A stretch of 42,921 nucleotides of DNA from a virus. Each line of letters starts with the position of its first letter. The first letter of the stretch is position 1. The notes below the pieces were generated by a model. It saw nothing but the letters and a program-made list of their open reading frames with translations, was not told the origin of the DNA and did no database searches. The stretch lies in IMG/VR virus record IMGVR_UViG_3300022542_000376, one strand, 5' to 3'. Below, in pieces: positions 17,915-24,631 of this stretch. The translations under genes were made by a program, and so were the position numbers.

Positions 17915-18402
17915 CACTTCACCTCCAGCGCGTCCAGGGCGGCACAGGCAGCAGCCAGTTTGTGTAGTGTCGGGATGTTTATTGAAACGACGGCGGTGTT
18001 GCGCCAACGCTGCATCCTCATGCCGTTGATAATAGCCCGCTTGAGTGGCAGAAGCGCGGCCGCTACCTGCTCCCTCGCCTCCGGTGGCAGCCAGCCCTTG
18101 CCTACGTCGGTATAGAACGGTCCCTTGCCTGGGCGATCTGTGTAAGGATAGTTGCAATCTGGGCCACAAGGTTGCGGGCCTGGAGCGCCGCAAATACAGC
18201 CCTTGCCTGCGTCGGGGGAGAGGGCGGCACGGGCTAGCTCAGCCTTTTGCAGCAGGTCGGCCTCCTCTTCATCCTCGCCTTCCTTGCAGTTTGCCGCACG
18301 TACACGAAGGGCTAATTCGCACCATTCAAGCGCCGCGTCCTTCGCAGCGATGGCAGCCTCCAGGCGGGCGACCTGGGCCTGTAGTTCCTGCTCTTTACTC
18401 AT
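17914..18402 (-). CDS. Coiled-coil plus Cys/Pro-rich protein, about 162 aa (start uncertain: 18402, 18429 or 18471)
   Basis: ORF in the operon; no strong RBS at any of the three candidate ATGs. Confidence 0.5.
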   Translation of the reverse strand: MSKEQELQAQVARLEAAIAAKDAALEWCELALRVRAANCKEGEDEEEADLLQKAELARAALSPDAGKGCICGAPGPQPCGPDCNYPYTDRPGKGPFYTDVGKGWLPPEAREQVAAALLPLKRAIINGMRMQRWRNTAVVSINIPTLHKLAAACAALDALEVK

Positions 18403-18413
18403 GACTTCATCTC

Positions 18414-18965
18414 TTAGTTGCAACTCCATGGCCAGCTTGACATCCAGGGTGCCCAACCTTGCTCTATCCATATCTCATAGGCAATGGCCGCGTTCTTTAC
18501 AGGATCATCCCAATCTGTCCAGTAGTTCCAGCCTCTTGCTGTGAACCTCCAGGCATGGACGGGCATCAGTTGGAACAATCCTTTGGCCCCACTGGGATTG
18601 CTCTCCAGGGGATCGAGCCCTGACTCGCTACAGGCGACTGCTGTGGCTGTTGCACAGTCCCAGGGGTAGGAGCAGATAATAACCCCAATGCCTTCAGTTG
18701 GTGCTGGAGCCGCTTCAAGTATCGGCGTGGGTATTTGCGTTCGAGGAATGGGTCGGGGCGTAGGTGTGACATCTATCATCCCTTCCTTTCCCGGCGTGGG
18801 CGTAGCCGACCACGCTTCCTCCGTGATGGACTCGGTTTGGTTCCCTTCCTCTGAATCTTGTGTTGTGGCATCTACCTCCTCACCCTCTGGTAGTACCACC
18901 ACGACTCTACTAGGGATAGTATCACGCAGACCCCCATCCCTATAGCCGCTCCAAGTAGAAACCAC
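18414..18965 (-). CDS. Lytic transglycosylase (SLT domain); 5' end unresolved
   Basis: CSESGLDP...GAKGLFQLMP...AAIAYEIW SLT motifs. The frame stays open upstream to 19091 without a canonical start (see findings). Confidence 0.8.
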   Translation of the reverse strand: MVSTWSGYRDGGLRDTIPSRVVVVLPEGEEVDATTQDSEEGNQTESITEEAWSATPTPGKEGMIDVTPTPRPIPRTQIPTPILEAAPAPTEGIGVIICSYPWDCATATAVACSESGLDPLESNPSGAKGLFQLMPVHAWRFTARGWNYWTDWDDPVKNAAIAYEIWIEQGWAPWMSSWPWSCN

Positions 18966-18994
18966 ATTGCGTCCGTCATCTCCTTGTTGAACAT
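18872..18994 (-). CDS. Small single-TM protein, 40 aa (MFNKEMTDAMWFLLGAAIGMGVCVILSLVESWWYYQRVRR), or a frameshifted anchor of the SLT protein
   Basis: ATG with GGAGG 5 nt upstream; hand-translated; below the track size cut-off. Confidence 0.45.
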   Translation of the reverse strand: MFNKEMTDAMWFLLGAAIGMGVCVILSLVESWWYYQRVRR

Positions 18995-19098
18995 GGTTGC
19001 CTCCAAGCTGACTAGCCCCAACAATAGCTGCTATACAAAGGCATGTGGAGGCTACCGCCAGGGTGTAGCGCCCTATGCTCCACCTCTCAAGTTAGGCA

Positions 19099-19350
19099 TC
19101 ATTGGCTCCTCTCTACTCGGCCGATCTCATCATGCAGAGCAGTATCGGCATGTTCACGGTCAGACTCCTCTTGGTTGAACCTGTCCTCTAGCTCCCGCAG
19201 GCGTATGCGTGTGGCCGACAGCCTCTCGTCGATACCACTCATACGCTCACCGTGACCTAGTAGGGTATTCTTGAGGTCAGTCGTGAGATCACCAACACGC
19301 TCACCGAGGTCCTCAATGTTGGCCTTAAGTTTGGCTATGTCACCGTTCAT
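19099..19350 (-). CDS. Coiled-coil protein, 83 aa
   Basis: AAGGAG RBS 6 nt upstream. Confidence 0.6.
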   Translation of the reverse strand: MNGDIAKLKANIEDLGERVGDLTTDLKNTLLGHGERMSGIDERLSATRIRLRELEDRFNQEESDREHADTALHDEIGRVERSQ

Positions 19351-19467
19351 GACAGTCTCCTTTCTGCTACATCACAGGCCAGTAGGGCCAAGGAGCCAGG
19401 TGAGTAGCCAGTGAGGAGCACCCGTTGGTGTGACGTGAGACTCCCCGACCCTACAGGAATGTGATGT

Positions 19468-19638
19468 CTAGACATCAAATTTGACATTTCTCCAAGGTAA
19501 CTCCATTACCTCCAACAGCCTCTTAGACACACCACACCTGACACAGTATATGCCTACGACTAGTTGTAGTGGAGACCTGGGCTTAGACCACTTGTGGCCA
19601 CACCTTCTACAGAGGTACCTTCGCCACCAACCAAGCAT
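19468..19638 (-). CDS. Cys4 zinc-ribbon protein, 56 aa (CRRC...CVRC)
   Basis: Hand-translated: MLGWWRRYLCRRCGHKWSKPRSPLQLVVGIYCVRCGVSKRLLEVMELPWRNVKFDV. Follows the TM-peptide ORF by 3 nt. Confidence 0.55.
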   Translation of the reverse strand: MLGWWRRYLCRRCGHKWSKPRSPLQLVVGIYCVRCGVSKRLLEVMELPWRNVKFDV

Positions 19639-19641
19639 GAG

Positions 19642-19740
19642 TTAGCCCCAGGCCTCTATCAGCTTGACTGTGACATAGGCTGTGATAGCTACGGCCCAGA
19701 TAGCCCAACCCAGGTACGCTATAGCCTTCCAGTACATCAT
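19642..19740 (-). CDS. Single-TM peptide, 32 aa (MMYWKAIAYLGWAIWAVAITAYVTVKLIEAWG)
   Basis: ATGA overlap with the stop of 19737-19931; hand-translated. Confidence 0.5.
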   Translation of the reverse strand: MMYWKAIAYLGWAIWAVAITAYVTVKLIEAWG

Positions 19741-19931
19741 GCCGTCCCCCTCCCGGGTGGTTCTCTCTGGGCCTCTAGACCCGCCTCATAGCCAGCCTGC
19801 CAACAAGGGCAGTCGCTTGTAGTGTGCTGCTCACTAGGCTGGTCGCAAGCAGCGGTGCAGATGTCCTCCTTGGGAGGGCCTCGTATCTCCCGCTCACTGC
19901 GGATGATGTCCTCTGGTGCCATATCCATCAT
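19737..19931 (-). CDS. Hypothetical Cys-containing protein, 64 aa
   Basis: AAGGAG RBS; ATGA overlap with the upstream gene. Confidence 0.5.
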   Translation of the reverse strand: MMDMAPEDIIRSEREIRGPPKEDICTAACDQPSEQHTTSDCPCWQAGYEAGLEAQREPPGRGTA

Positions 19932-20137
19932 ATCTGCTCCTTCACTGCCAGCCCACAGGCCGACTGAAACTTCCTTAGCTCGAACCTAGTGTTGTCGTTG
20001 TAGAACATCCCCGCAAGGACATAAATGGTGTAGACAATTGCCTCTGGCCCTGTGATGCCTGGTGCGTGCCTTGTGGTATGCTCTAACTGTGCCCTCATCA
20101 CCCTAGCTACTGCCTCATGGTGTTGCTGAGTAAACAC
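19928..20137 (-). CDS. Hypothetical protein, 69 aa
   Basis: GTG start with AAGGAG 4 nt upstream. Confidence 0.5.
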   Translation of the reverse strand: MFTQQHHEAVARVMRAQLEHTTRHAPGITGPEAIVYTIYVLAGMFYNDNTRFELRKFQSACGLAVKEQI

Positions 20138-20583
20138 TATGCTCCTTTCCTAACTTCTACACCCACCGCCCCTGAGGAGGACTGGCCACGTTTCCGCTGA
20201 GTCTCACAGCCCTCCTCTAGGCGGACCCAAAGGGAGAAGGGCGATGGAGGTAGAAGTTATTTGCTCCTGCTTCCCCCGCTGCCCTGGTGATAATCATAAC
20301 CAGGGTGCGGTCCACCTTCACCATCTGGCCGAAGCCAGGGGGGTGCGGCGAGGGCAGAGGGGGTGGCAGGAACCACCCTAATTGAATACCTCATCTTGGC
20401 ACTTCTGACACAGACCTGATATAGCATACTCCTTTCGACTCAGCCCATCCTTGAACTCTGTAGCAGGGCCACTACAGCCAACAGGTGAGGCAATACACCT
20501 GCTAGACTTAATAGCTGTGGTGCGGCCCCATTAGCGTTCTAGGAGGGCTTCTATCTCAGGGTGTTTCTCACTAGGCTCAGGCA
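20138..20583 (-). other. ORF-poor, hairpin-rich 446-bp stretch inside the early operon (candidate structured RNA, origin or processing region)
   Basis: No ORF of 60 aa or more. At least six 5-10 bp stems listed in findings. The only candidate ORF (20257-20427, 56 aa) is low-complexity with an RBS 1 nt from the ATG. Confidence 0.4.
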
Positions 20584-20757
20584 CTAGAATACTCCATTCG
20601 GTTTGGGGCACTCACATCCTAAGTACCAGACCTTCTGAGGCTGGCCGTGGAAGATGATAAGGCCTTGCTTCTCCTCACGTTCACATAGACAGGTTGAACA
20701 TCTAAGGATCGTGTCCATGTGAGGTTGCCTAGACACACGGTAGAATCCTATTCGCAT
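20584..20757 (-). CDS. Cys-rich zinc-ribbon-like protein, 57 aa (CSTC...CEC)
   Basis: AAGGAG 9 nt upstream of the ATG. Hand-translated: MRIGFYRVSRQPHMDTILRCSTCLCEREEKQGLIIFHGQPQKVWYLGCECPKPNGVF. Confidence 0.55.
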   Translation of the reverse strand: MRIGFYRVSRQPHMDTILRCSTCLCEREEKQGLIIFHGQPQKVWYLGCECPKPNGVF

Positions 20758-20779
20758 GGTTCGCTGCTCCTTTCAGAGT

Positions 20780-20843
20780 GGGCCGGTAGGCTGGGTCAGG
20801 GTTGAGGATGCCTCTCACTATTCAGTTGTAGACCTACCGGCCC
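20780..20843 (-). promoter_or_regulatory. Perfect 11-bp inverted repeat (GGGCCGGTAGG / CCTACCGGCCC) with a 42-nt loop, intergenic
   Basis: Read directly at 20780-20790 and 20833-20843; lies between the stop at 20855 and the start at 20757. Confidence 0.75.
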
Positions 20844-20854
20844 TACTCGCTAAC

Positions 20855-21343
20855 CTAGCCTGTTGCTACAGGCTCGTCCTCGCAGACCATCTCGTACTCT
20901 GATTCCTCTTGCATACGGTAGCCCGTTACCTTCTTGGTGATCTGGCAGTTAGAGCCAGCAGGGAGGCCATTGAACTCAACCCGTAGCCCTTGCTTGAAGC
21001 CAGGTAACTCATTCAGGGAAAAACTGTAACCGACCTGGCCGCTCCACTTTACCAGGGTACGGCGTGGCTTTTTGTAGGTTTGGTCTGGATGTTGCCCTAA
21101 TAGATAGGTATACAGCTTGTCCACGTCGGCGTGAAGGGCATCCGCTGCCTCTGGGCCGTTGGCAGGTTCTTGGGGCCAAAGGCTAAGACTGCTAGGAGTC
21201 AAATTCCCGATGCGATAGCGCCTTTGCACAAACGAGGGCAAGATGTCCTCTATCTTGTCAAGCAGGTCTAGCTCCCCAGTAACCTTGCGTAGCCAATAGA
21301 GCGAGGTTTTCCTCTGCTCACGGTAGGCATCATGCTCACTCAT
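20855..21343 (-). CDS. Hypothetical protein, 162 aa
   Basis: ATG 21343 (MSEHDAY...) with AAAGGAGAG upstream and an ATGA overlap with the upstream small ORF. Confidence 0.55.
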   Translation of the reverse strand: MSEHDAYREQRKTSLYWLRKVTGELDLLDKIEDILPSFVQRRYRIGNLTPSSLSLWPQEPANGPEAADALHADVDKLYTYLLGQHPDQTYKKPRRTLVKWSGQVGYSFSLNELPGFKQGLRVEFNGLPAGSNCQITKKVTGYRMQEESEYEMVCEDEPVATG

Positions 21344-21465
21344 CTGACTCTCCTTTCTCCATAATACTCCCTCAGCCAGCAGGTCAGGCAAGTGCAAGGA
21401 TATGACCCCTCACCTGGTATCCTACTAGTTGAGACTGTACCACATTGAGGGCAATACTTAGTCAT
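21340..21465 (-). CDS. Zinc-ribbon protein, 41 aa (CPQC...CTCLTC)
   Basis: ATGACTAA overlap with the upstream stop; hand-translated. Confidence 0.5.
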   Translation of the reverse strand: MTKYCPQCGTVSTSRIPGEGSYPCTCLTCWLREYYGERRVR

Positions 21466-21685
21466 CAGGTTCCACCCCACATGCCTTAAGGAACCTCTCC
21501 CTGTCAAACTGTGGGTTGTCAGCAGCAAGGTGGTCAGCAAGGCGCTCTGCCACCCTACGCTTTGACTCCAACATCAGGTGCTTGCTATGGACGGCAGCAA
21601 TTCCCTCTGGCTCAGCCCTAAGGAACTTTGCCAAGTCGTCGTAGTGCCTAGTGTTGTACCTAGGATTGGTTGGGTACTCAGGCAT
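21458..21685 (-). CDS. Hypothetical protein, 75 aa
   Basis: GGAGGG RBS. Confidence 0.55.
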   Translation of the reverse strand: MPEYPTNPRYNTRHYDDLAKFLRAEPEGIAAVHSKHLMLESKRRVAERLADHLAADNPQFDRERFLKACGVEPDD

Positions 21686-21688
21686 AGT

Positions 21689-22366
21689 TTATCCCTCCAC
21701 TTGCCTTGAACTTGGTAGGACCGACACAATGTTACCTGCATTGACACCTGCATGGTACGCCTCTGGCTGGACATTTACCGTCCTGCCACGCCTCAGGTCA
21801 GGATACTCCTGGTGCATAAAGGTATTAGTCTCCTCAGTGAGATTGACCACTAGCGCACGAGTGTTTGCATCCTGGCCTAGCTCCAACTCCTGCAACCTCT
21901 CACCTATCCGGTTGATGGCACCTAGCAGGAACGATCCCTTCCAAGCACTGTTGACTGGTCGCCCGAGAAACTCCTGCACCCCTGCCTGAGTAGATGCAAG
22001 TATCTCTAACTGGCCAGTGAGCCAAGAGGCCATCTCCTTGACCGCCTCAACATTGTGCTTGCGGCCAAGGATGTGACTCTGGCCATTTGAGATGACTGTG
22101 CGGCAGAAGTTGTGTCGGGCGATTGCACTGAGGAGAAAGCGTTTCCACTGTACTGCCCCTACATCAAACATCTCATTTAGTACAGGGCAGGGCTCAGCAC
22201 CCTCCTCACACTCTGCATCGGCCATGTCTAGATTATACCTGAGGAGCATGGCCTGTAGCCGCTCCATTGCCAGAGACGCTTCATGCTCAGTGGCAGCCTC
22301 ATCAGATGCAAGGCGTAGTAGTACTCGCACCTTCTCAAGGATACCTTCTGGTGGTGCGGTGGTCAT
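21689..22366 (-). CDS. DUF2786-like protein, 225 aa
   Basis: N-terminal ILEKVRVLLRLASDEAATEHEASLAMERLQAMLLRYNL matches the DUF2786 pattern from memory. Confidence 0.55.
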   Translation of the reverse strand: MTTAPPEGILEKVRVLLRLASDEAATEHEASLAMERLQAMLLRYNLDMADAECEEGAEPCPVLNEMFDVGAVQWKRFLLSAIARHNFCRTVISNGQSHILGRKHNVEAVKEMASWLTGQLEILASTQAGVQEFLGRPVNSAWKGSFLLGAINRIGERLQELELGQDANTRALVVNLTEETNTFMHQEYPDLRRGRTVNVQPEAYHAGVNAGNIVSVLPSSRQVEG

Positions 22367-22488
22367 GGCCTCATCTTGCCAAACCAGCGGATGAAGGAGG
22401 ACCTAATATGGCCTCTGCACTTAGCACAGTAGCCACCATACACCCTCCTTCCATGCTTACTGTGGCATAAAGGATTGCGACACGGCAT
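22363..22488 (-). CDS. Zinc-ribbon protein, 41 aa (MPCRNPLCHSKHGRRVYGGYCAKCRGHIRSSFIRWFGKMRP)
   Basis: AAGGAG 8 nt upstream; ATGA overlap with the next gene. Preferred over the track ORF 22371-22571, which is in another frame. Confidence 0.55.
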   Translation of the reverse strand: MPCRNPLCHSKHGRRVYGGYCAKCRGHIRSSFIRWFGKMRP

Positions 22489-22586
22489 CGCTCATGCTCC
22501 TTTCTCTGGCTACTCCAACCGAGGGGCTGGCAGGGTCCACACCTGCGTCCAATGATATATCCTTGGCTCACAGCCCCTTGGTGAGA

Positions 22587-22754
22587 CTAACCCTCCGTGT
22601 ACTCCTGGCGTGGAGCCTCATCTATCAACCGTATGATGCATGATGCCCTTCGCCAGTTCTCCGGGGGCCCACTGATGTTGGCCAGGACCTCACGGACGAA
22701 GGCCATATCGTCCTCATTGATTTCCAATGTGATGGCCTTCCACTTGTCAGGCAT
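22587..22754 (-). CDS. Hypothetical acidic protein, 55 aa
   Basis: AAGGAGGAG 7 nt upstream of ATG 22754; hand-translated. Confidence 0.55.
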   Translation of the reverse strand: MPDKWKAITLEINEDDMAFVREVLANISGPPENWRRASCIIRLIDEAPRQEYTEG

Positions 22755-22906
22755 TGTGGTACTCCTCCTTTTGCTAGACCACCCGGTGCTGTTACCAAGG
22801 GGAGCACCTCCGATTCGTTGGAGGCGTTACCAGCAAGGACACAATTAGTTGTGTTCTCCCTCGCCTTAGCAACAGCACTGGAAGGTCTAGCCTCCCAGTT
22901 GCCATT

Positions 22907-23086
22907 CTATTCCTCGAACTCCTTTGGCCAGTGCTCCCCAGCCAAGGCTTCGTGCTTCCCTAAGGCGTAGAACCATGTGTCGAAGAGGAGTTCAAGCGCA
23001 TGGCGGAAGCACAGGCATAGTTGGCTTCCATAGATACCTCCAATAAAGAAGGCAGCATTCGCTCCGCAAGTCTCACACTTTGGCAT
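22907..23086 (-). CDS. First early gene: Cys-containing protein, 59 aa (MPKCETCG...CLC)
   Basis: AAGGAG 4 nt upstream. Lies about 40 nt downstream of the leftward promoter. Preferred over the track ORF 22960-23154. Confidence 0.55.
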   Translation of the reverse strand: MPKCETCGANAAFFIGGIYGSQLCLCFRHALELLFDTWFYALGKHEALAGEHWPKEFEE

Positions 23087-23125
23087 GGTACTCCTTTCGC
23101 GCTACTCACCAACTTGCTACCTACC

Positions 23126-23154
23126 AGTTTAACCCTATAACTTGCGCTTGTCAA
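23126..23154 (-). promoter_or_regulatory. Sigma70-like early leftward promoter (TTGACA, 17 nt, TAAACT)
   Basis: On the minus strand, -35 is at 23154-23149 and -10 at 23131-23126; correct position upstream of the first early ORF. Confidence 0.6.
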
Positions 23155-23351
23155 GTGATAACTGGTTAACTTGGCATAGAACTTGTGTGCTAGTAGATAT
23201 GATTAAGTGCATATACATTACCATGCCAACCCGCGCCACAGTCTAACTGTTAACCCGCACAATCAATAACACAATACCGCCATAGCCTCAGATACAGTAA
23301 ACACATTAAGGTGTTGTTTTAGTGTATAATCACGAAAGCCCGAGAAATCGC

Positions 23352-23380
23352 TTGACAGCTAATGTCCTGGGGTGTAAGGT
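23352..23380 (+). promoter_or_regulatory. Sigma70-like rightward promoter (TTGACA, 17 nt, TAAGGT); a perfect TATAAT also sits at 23325-23330
   Basis: Read directly; lies upstream of the 23489 gene. Confidence 0.45.
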
Positions 23381-23488
23381 GAAGATGGTAGTCAGCACGT
23401 TAACAATCATAGACGCGGCTCAGAGTGGCGAGAGCCCAACTTGGGGCCGCAACTAATAGAGATGGCGACATCTCAGGAAGGAATCCCA

Positions 23489-24109
23489 ATGCCAGAACAG
23501 GAGACTGTGACTCTCGCATCCGAGGGAGCGAGAATCAAGCGTCTGGAAGCTGACTTGGCAGATGCAGTCAAAGCGCAAGAGACTGCTATCACGGCCATGA
23601 CCAAACGCCAGAAGGATGCCAGCACAGATGAATTGCTGGCACTGGCCGATGACGTTCGAGTGGCCAAGTCGAAGTGCGATGGCGTGCAAGCCACAATCAA
23701 CGCCAGCCAACGTACCATCGGCCGACTCGAATGGGAAGCCAAAAGCGCAAAGCTGACGGCCGTTCTTAACCCCATTGCTAGTCAAGTGCGCCAAGCCATC
23801 GTGAACGCCAAAGCCACCATGACAGAGTTCAAGGTGACTGGGGTGGTGGTGACTGTGACAGACGTGGACAAGGCCGATGTTATGGTCGCAGTCAAGCCCA
23901 CGGGCCCAGACGTTCCAAAGCCGCCCGCGAAGCGTGGGAGTGGCGGAGGTGGCGGTGGTGGAGGTGGTCGCGTTCCACTGACTGTTGATGACACCGAGTA
24001 CGCTAGTGCAAACGCTGCGCTGATGGCCATATTCCCCGACTTCGAGGGCAAGATGGGGCGTCAGGCAATCATAGCCAAGCTGGAGAAGGCAGGCCACACG
24101 GTCAGCTAA
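23489..24109 (+). CDS. Coiled-coil protein with a Gly9 linker and a small C-terminal domain, 206 aa, unknown function
   Basis: ATG 23489 with GGAAGGA 6 nt upstream; promoter before it and intrinsic terminator after it. Confidence 0.6.
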   Translation: MPEQETVTLASEGARIKRLEADLADAVKAQETAITAMTKRQKDASTDELLALADDVRVAKSKCDGVQATINASQRTIGRLEWEAKSAKLTAVLNPIASQVRQAIVNAKATMTEFKVTGVVVTVTDVDKADVMVAVKPTGPDVPKPPAKRGSGGGGGGGGGRVPLTVDDTEYASANAALMAIFPDFEGKMGRQAIIAKLEKAGHTVS

Positions 24110-24119
24110 ACTGCATATA

Positions 24120-24159
24120 CCCCCTAGCAATTAAGTGCTGACTACTGCTAGGGGGTTTT
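24120..24159 (+). terminator. Rho-independent terminator (10-bp stem CCCCCTAGCA/TGCTAGGGGG, 16-nt loop, TTTT)
   Basis: Stem at 24120-24129 and 24146-24155, T-run at 24156-24159. Confidence 0.8.
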
Positions 24160-24366
24160 GCTTACCTTCCCTCACAGAACATTAGTTCTGATAGGAGTGG
24201 GGGTGTTTGTGCTGGCCAGCTATAGACGCTCCCTATACCGCCCACCCATCATAGCCACCACCTATCCGAAGCTATGCCTACGATCGGGGTATCCTATACA
24301 CACACGTAAGGCTCTCCTCGCCATTTTTACCAAAATCACAAAACGACCCGAACACATGTTCCACCC

Positions 24367-24627
24367 TCAATGGACATGAGGCTTCACATAGTCATCGTAT
24401 AGGTTGGGGCCATATCCCATGAGTGCCTCAGTGGGCACAAAACCTGCACCAGTGTTACTAACAGATAGGTGGTACTGCCTGAACACCATGATGACACCAA
24501 TAAGACAATCAAACCAGCCATCGGCCTGCTGTACCATCTCTAGGGCTGCCATCTCAGGCACCCAGATGGGACAGGATAGCCAATGTGGTAGGTTGTGTAC
24601 TGTAGCTTCCAACTCGCGCTTGTTCAT
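24367..24627 (-). CDS. Hypothetical protein, 86 aa
   Basis: Last ORF of the leftward mini-operon. Confidence 0.5.
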   Translation of the reverse strand: MNKRELEATVHNLPHWLSCPIWVPEMAALEMVQQADGWFDCLIGVIMVFRQYHLSVSNTGAGFVPTEALMGYGPNLYDDYVKPHVH

Positions 24628-24631
24628 AGCT

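Noticed and set aside
17124-18544. Several plus-strand ORFs of 70-130 aa (17124-17429, 17445-17792, 18045-18404, 18152-18544).
   Set aside because: Ser/Ala/Arg-rich shadow frames opposite coiled-coil genes of the leftward operon, with no RBS.
18872-18905. Programmed -1 ribosomal frameshift joining the 40-aa TM ORF to the SLT frame.
   Set aside because: No X-XXY-YYZ slippery heptamer exists in the overlap. Only an AGGAGG immediately before the TAG is present. This is kept as an open question under the SLT finding rather than asserted.
20335-20370. G-quadruplex potential in the G-rich run (GGGGGG..GGG..GGGGG).
   Set aside because: Only three clear G3+ tracts occur with usable loops. The motif is incomplete without splitting the G6 run.
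20428-20583. Possible tRNA, because of two adjacent hairpins and a GTTCAAGG-like string on the minus strand.
   Set aside because: Both loops are 8 nt rather than 7. There is no complementary acceptor stem and no T-arm pairing around the TTCAAGG string. No cloverleaf can be drawn.
22755-22906. 37-aa minus-strand ORF (MATGRLDLPVLLLRRG...) between the first two early genes.
   Set aside because: Only a weak GAGGA near the start and implausible composition. It is left unannotated, though the 150-nt gap is otherwise unexplained.
23453-24130. 225-aa minus-strand ORF almost coextensive with the 23489-24109 gene, plus two more antisense ORFs (23473-23775 and 23782-24051).
   Set aside because: The promoter, RBS and T-run of the terminator all fit the plus strand. 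The antisense translations are His/Cys/Ser-rich and arise from the biased GCN/AAG/GGN codon usage of the sense gene.
24220-24298. Iteron-like CTAT/ATAG repeats in the gene-free DNA downstream of the terminator.
   Set aside because: The core is only 4-6 nt, spacings are irregular (13, 29, 10 and 22 bp), and orientation is mixed. This is not distinguishable from chance by eye.
24158-24379. 73-aa plus-strand ORF with a TTG start after the terminator.
   Set aside because: It starts within the terminator stem and T-tract (24158), has no RBS, and has odd composition.
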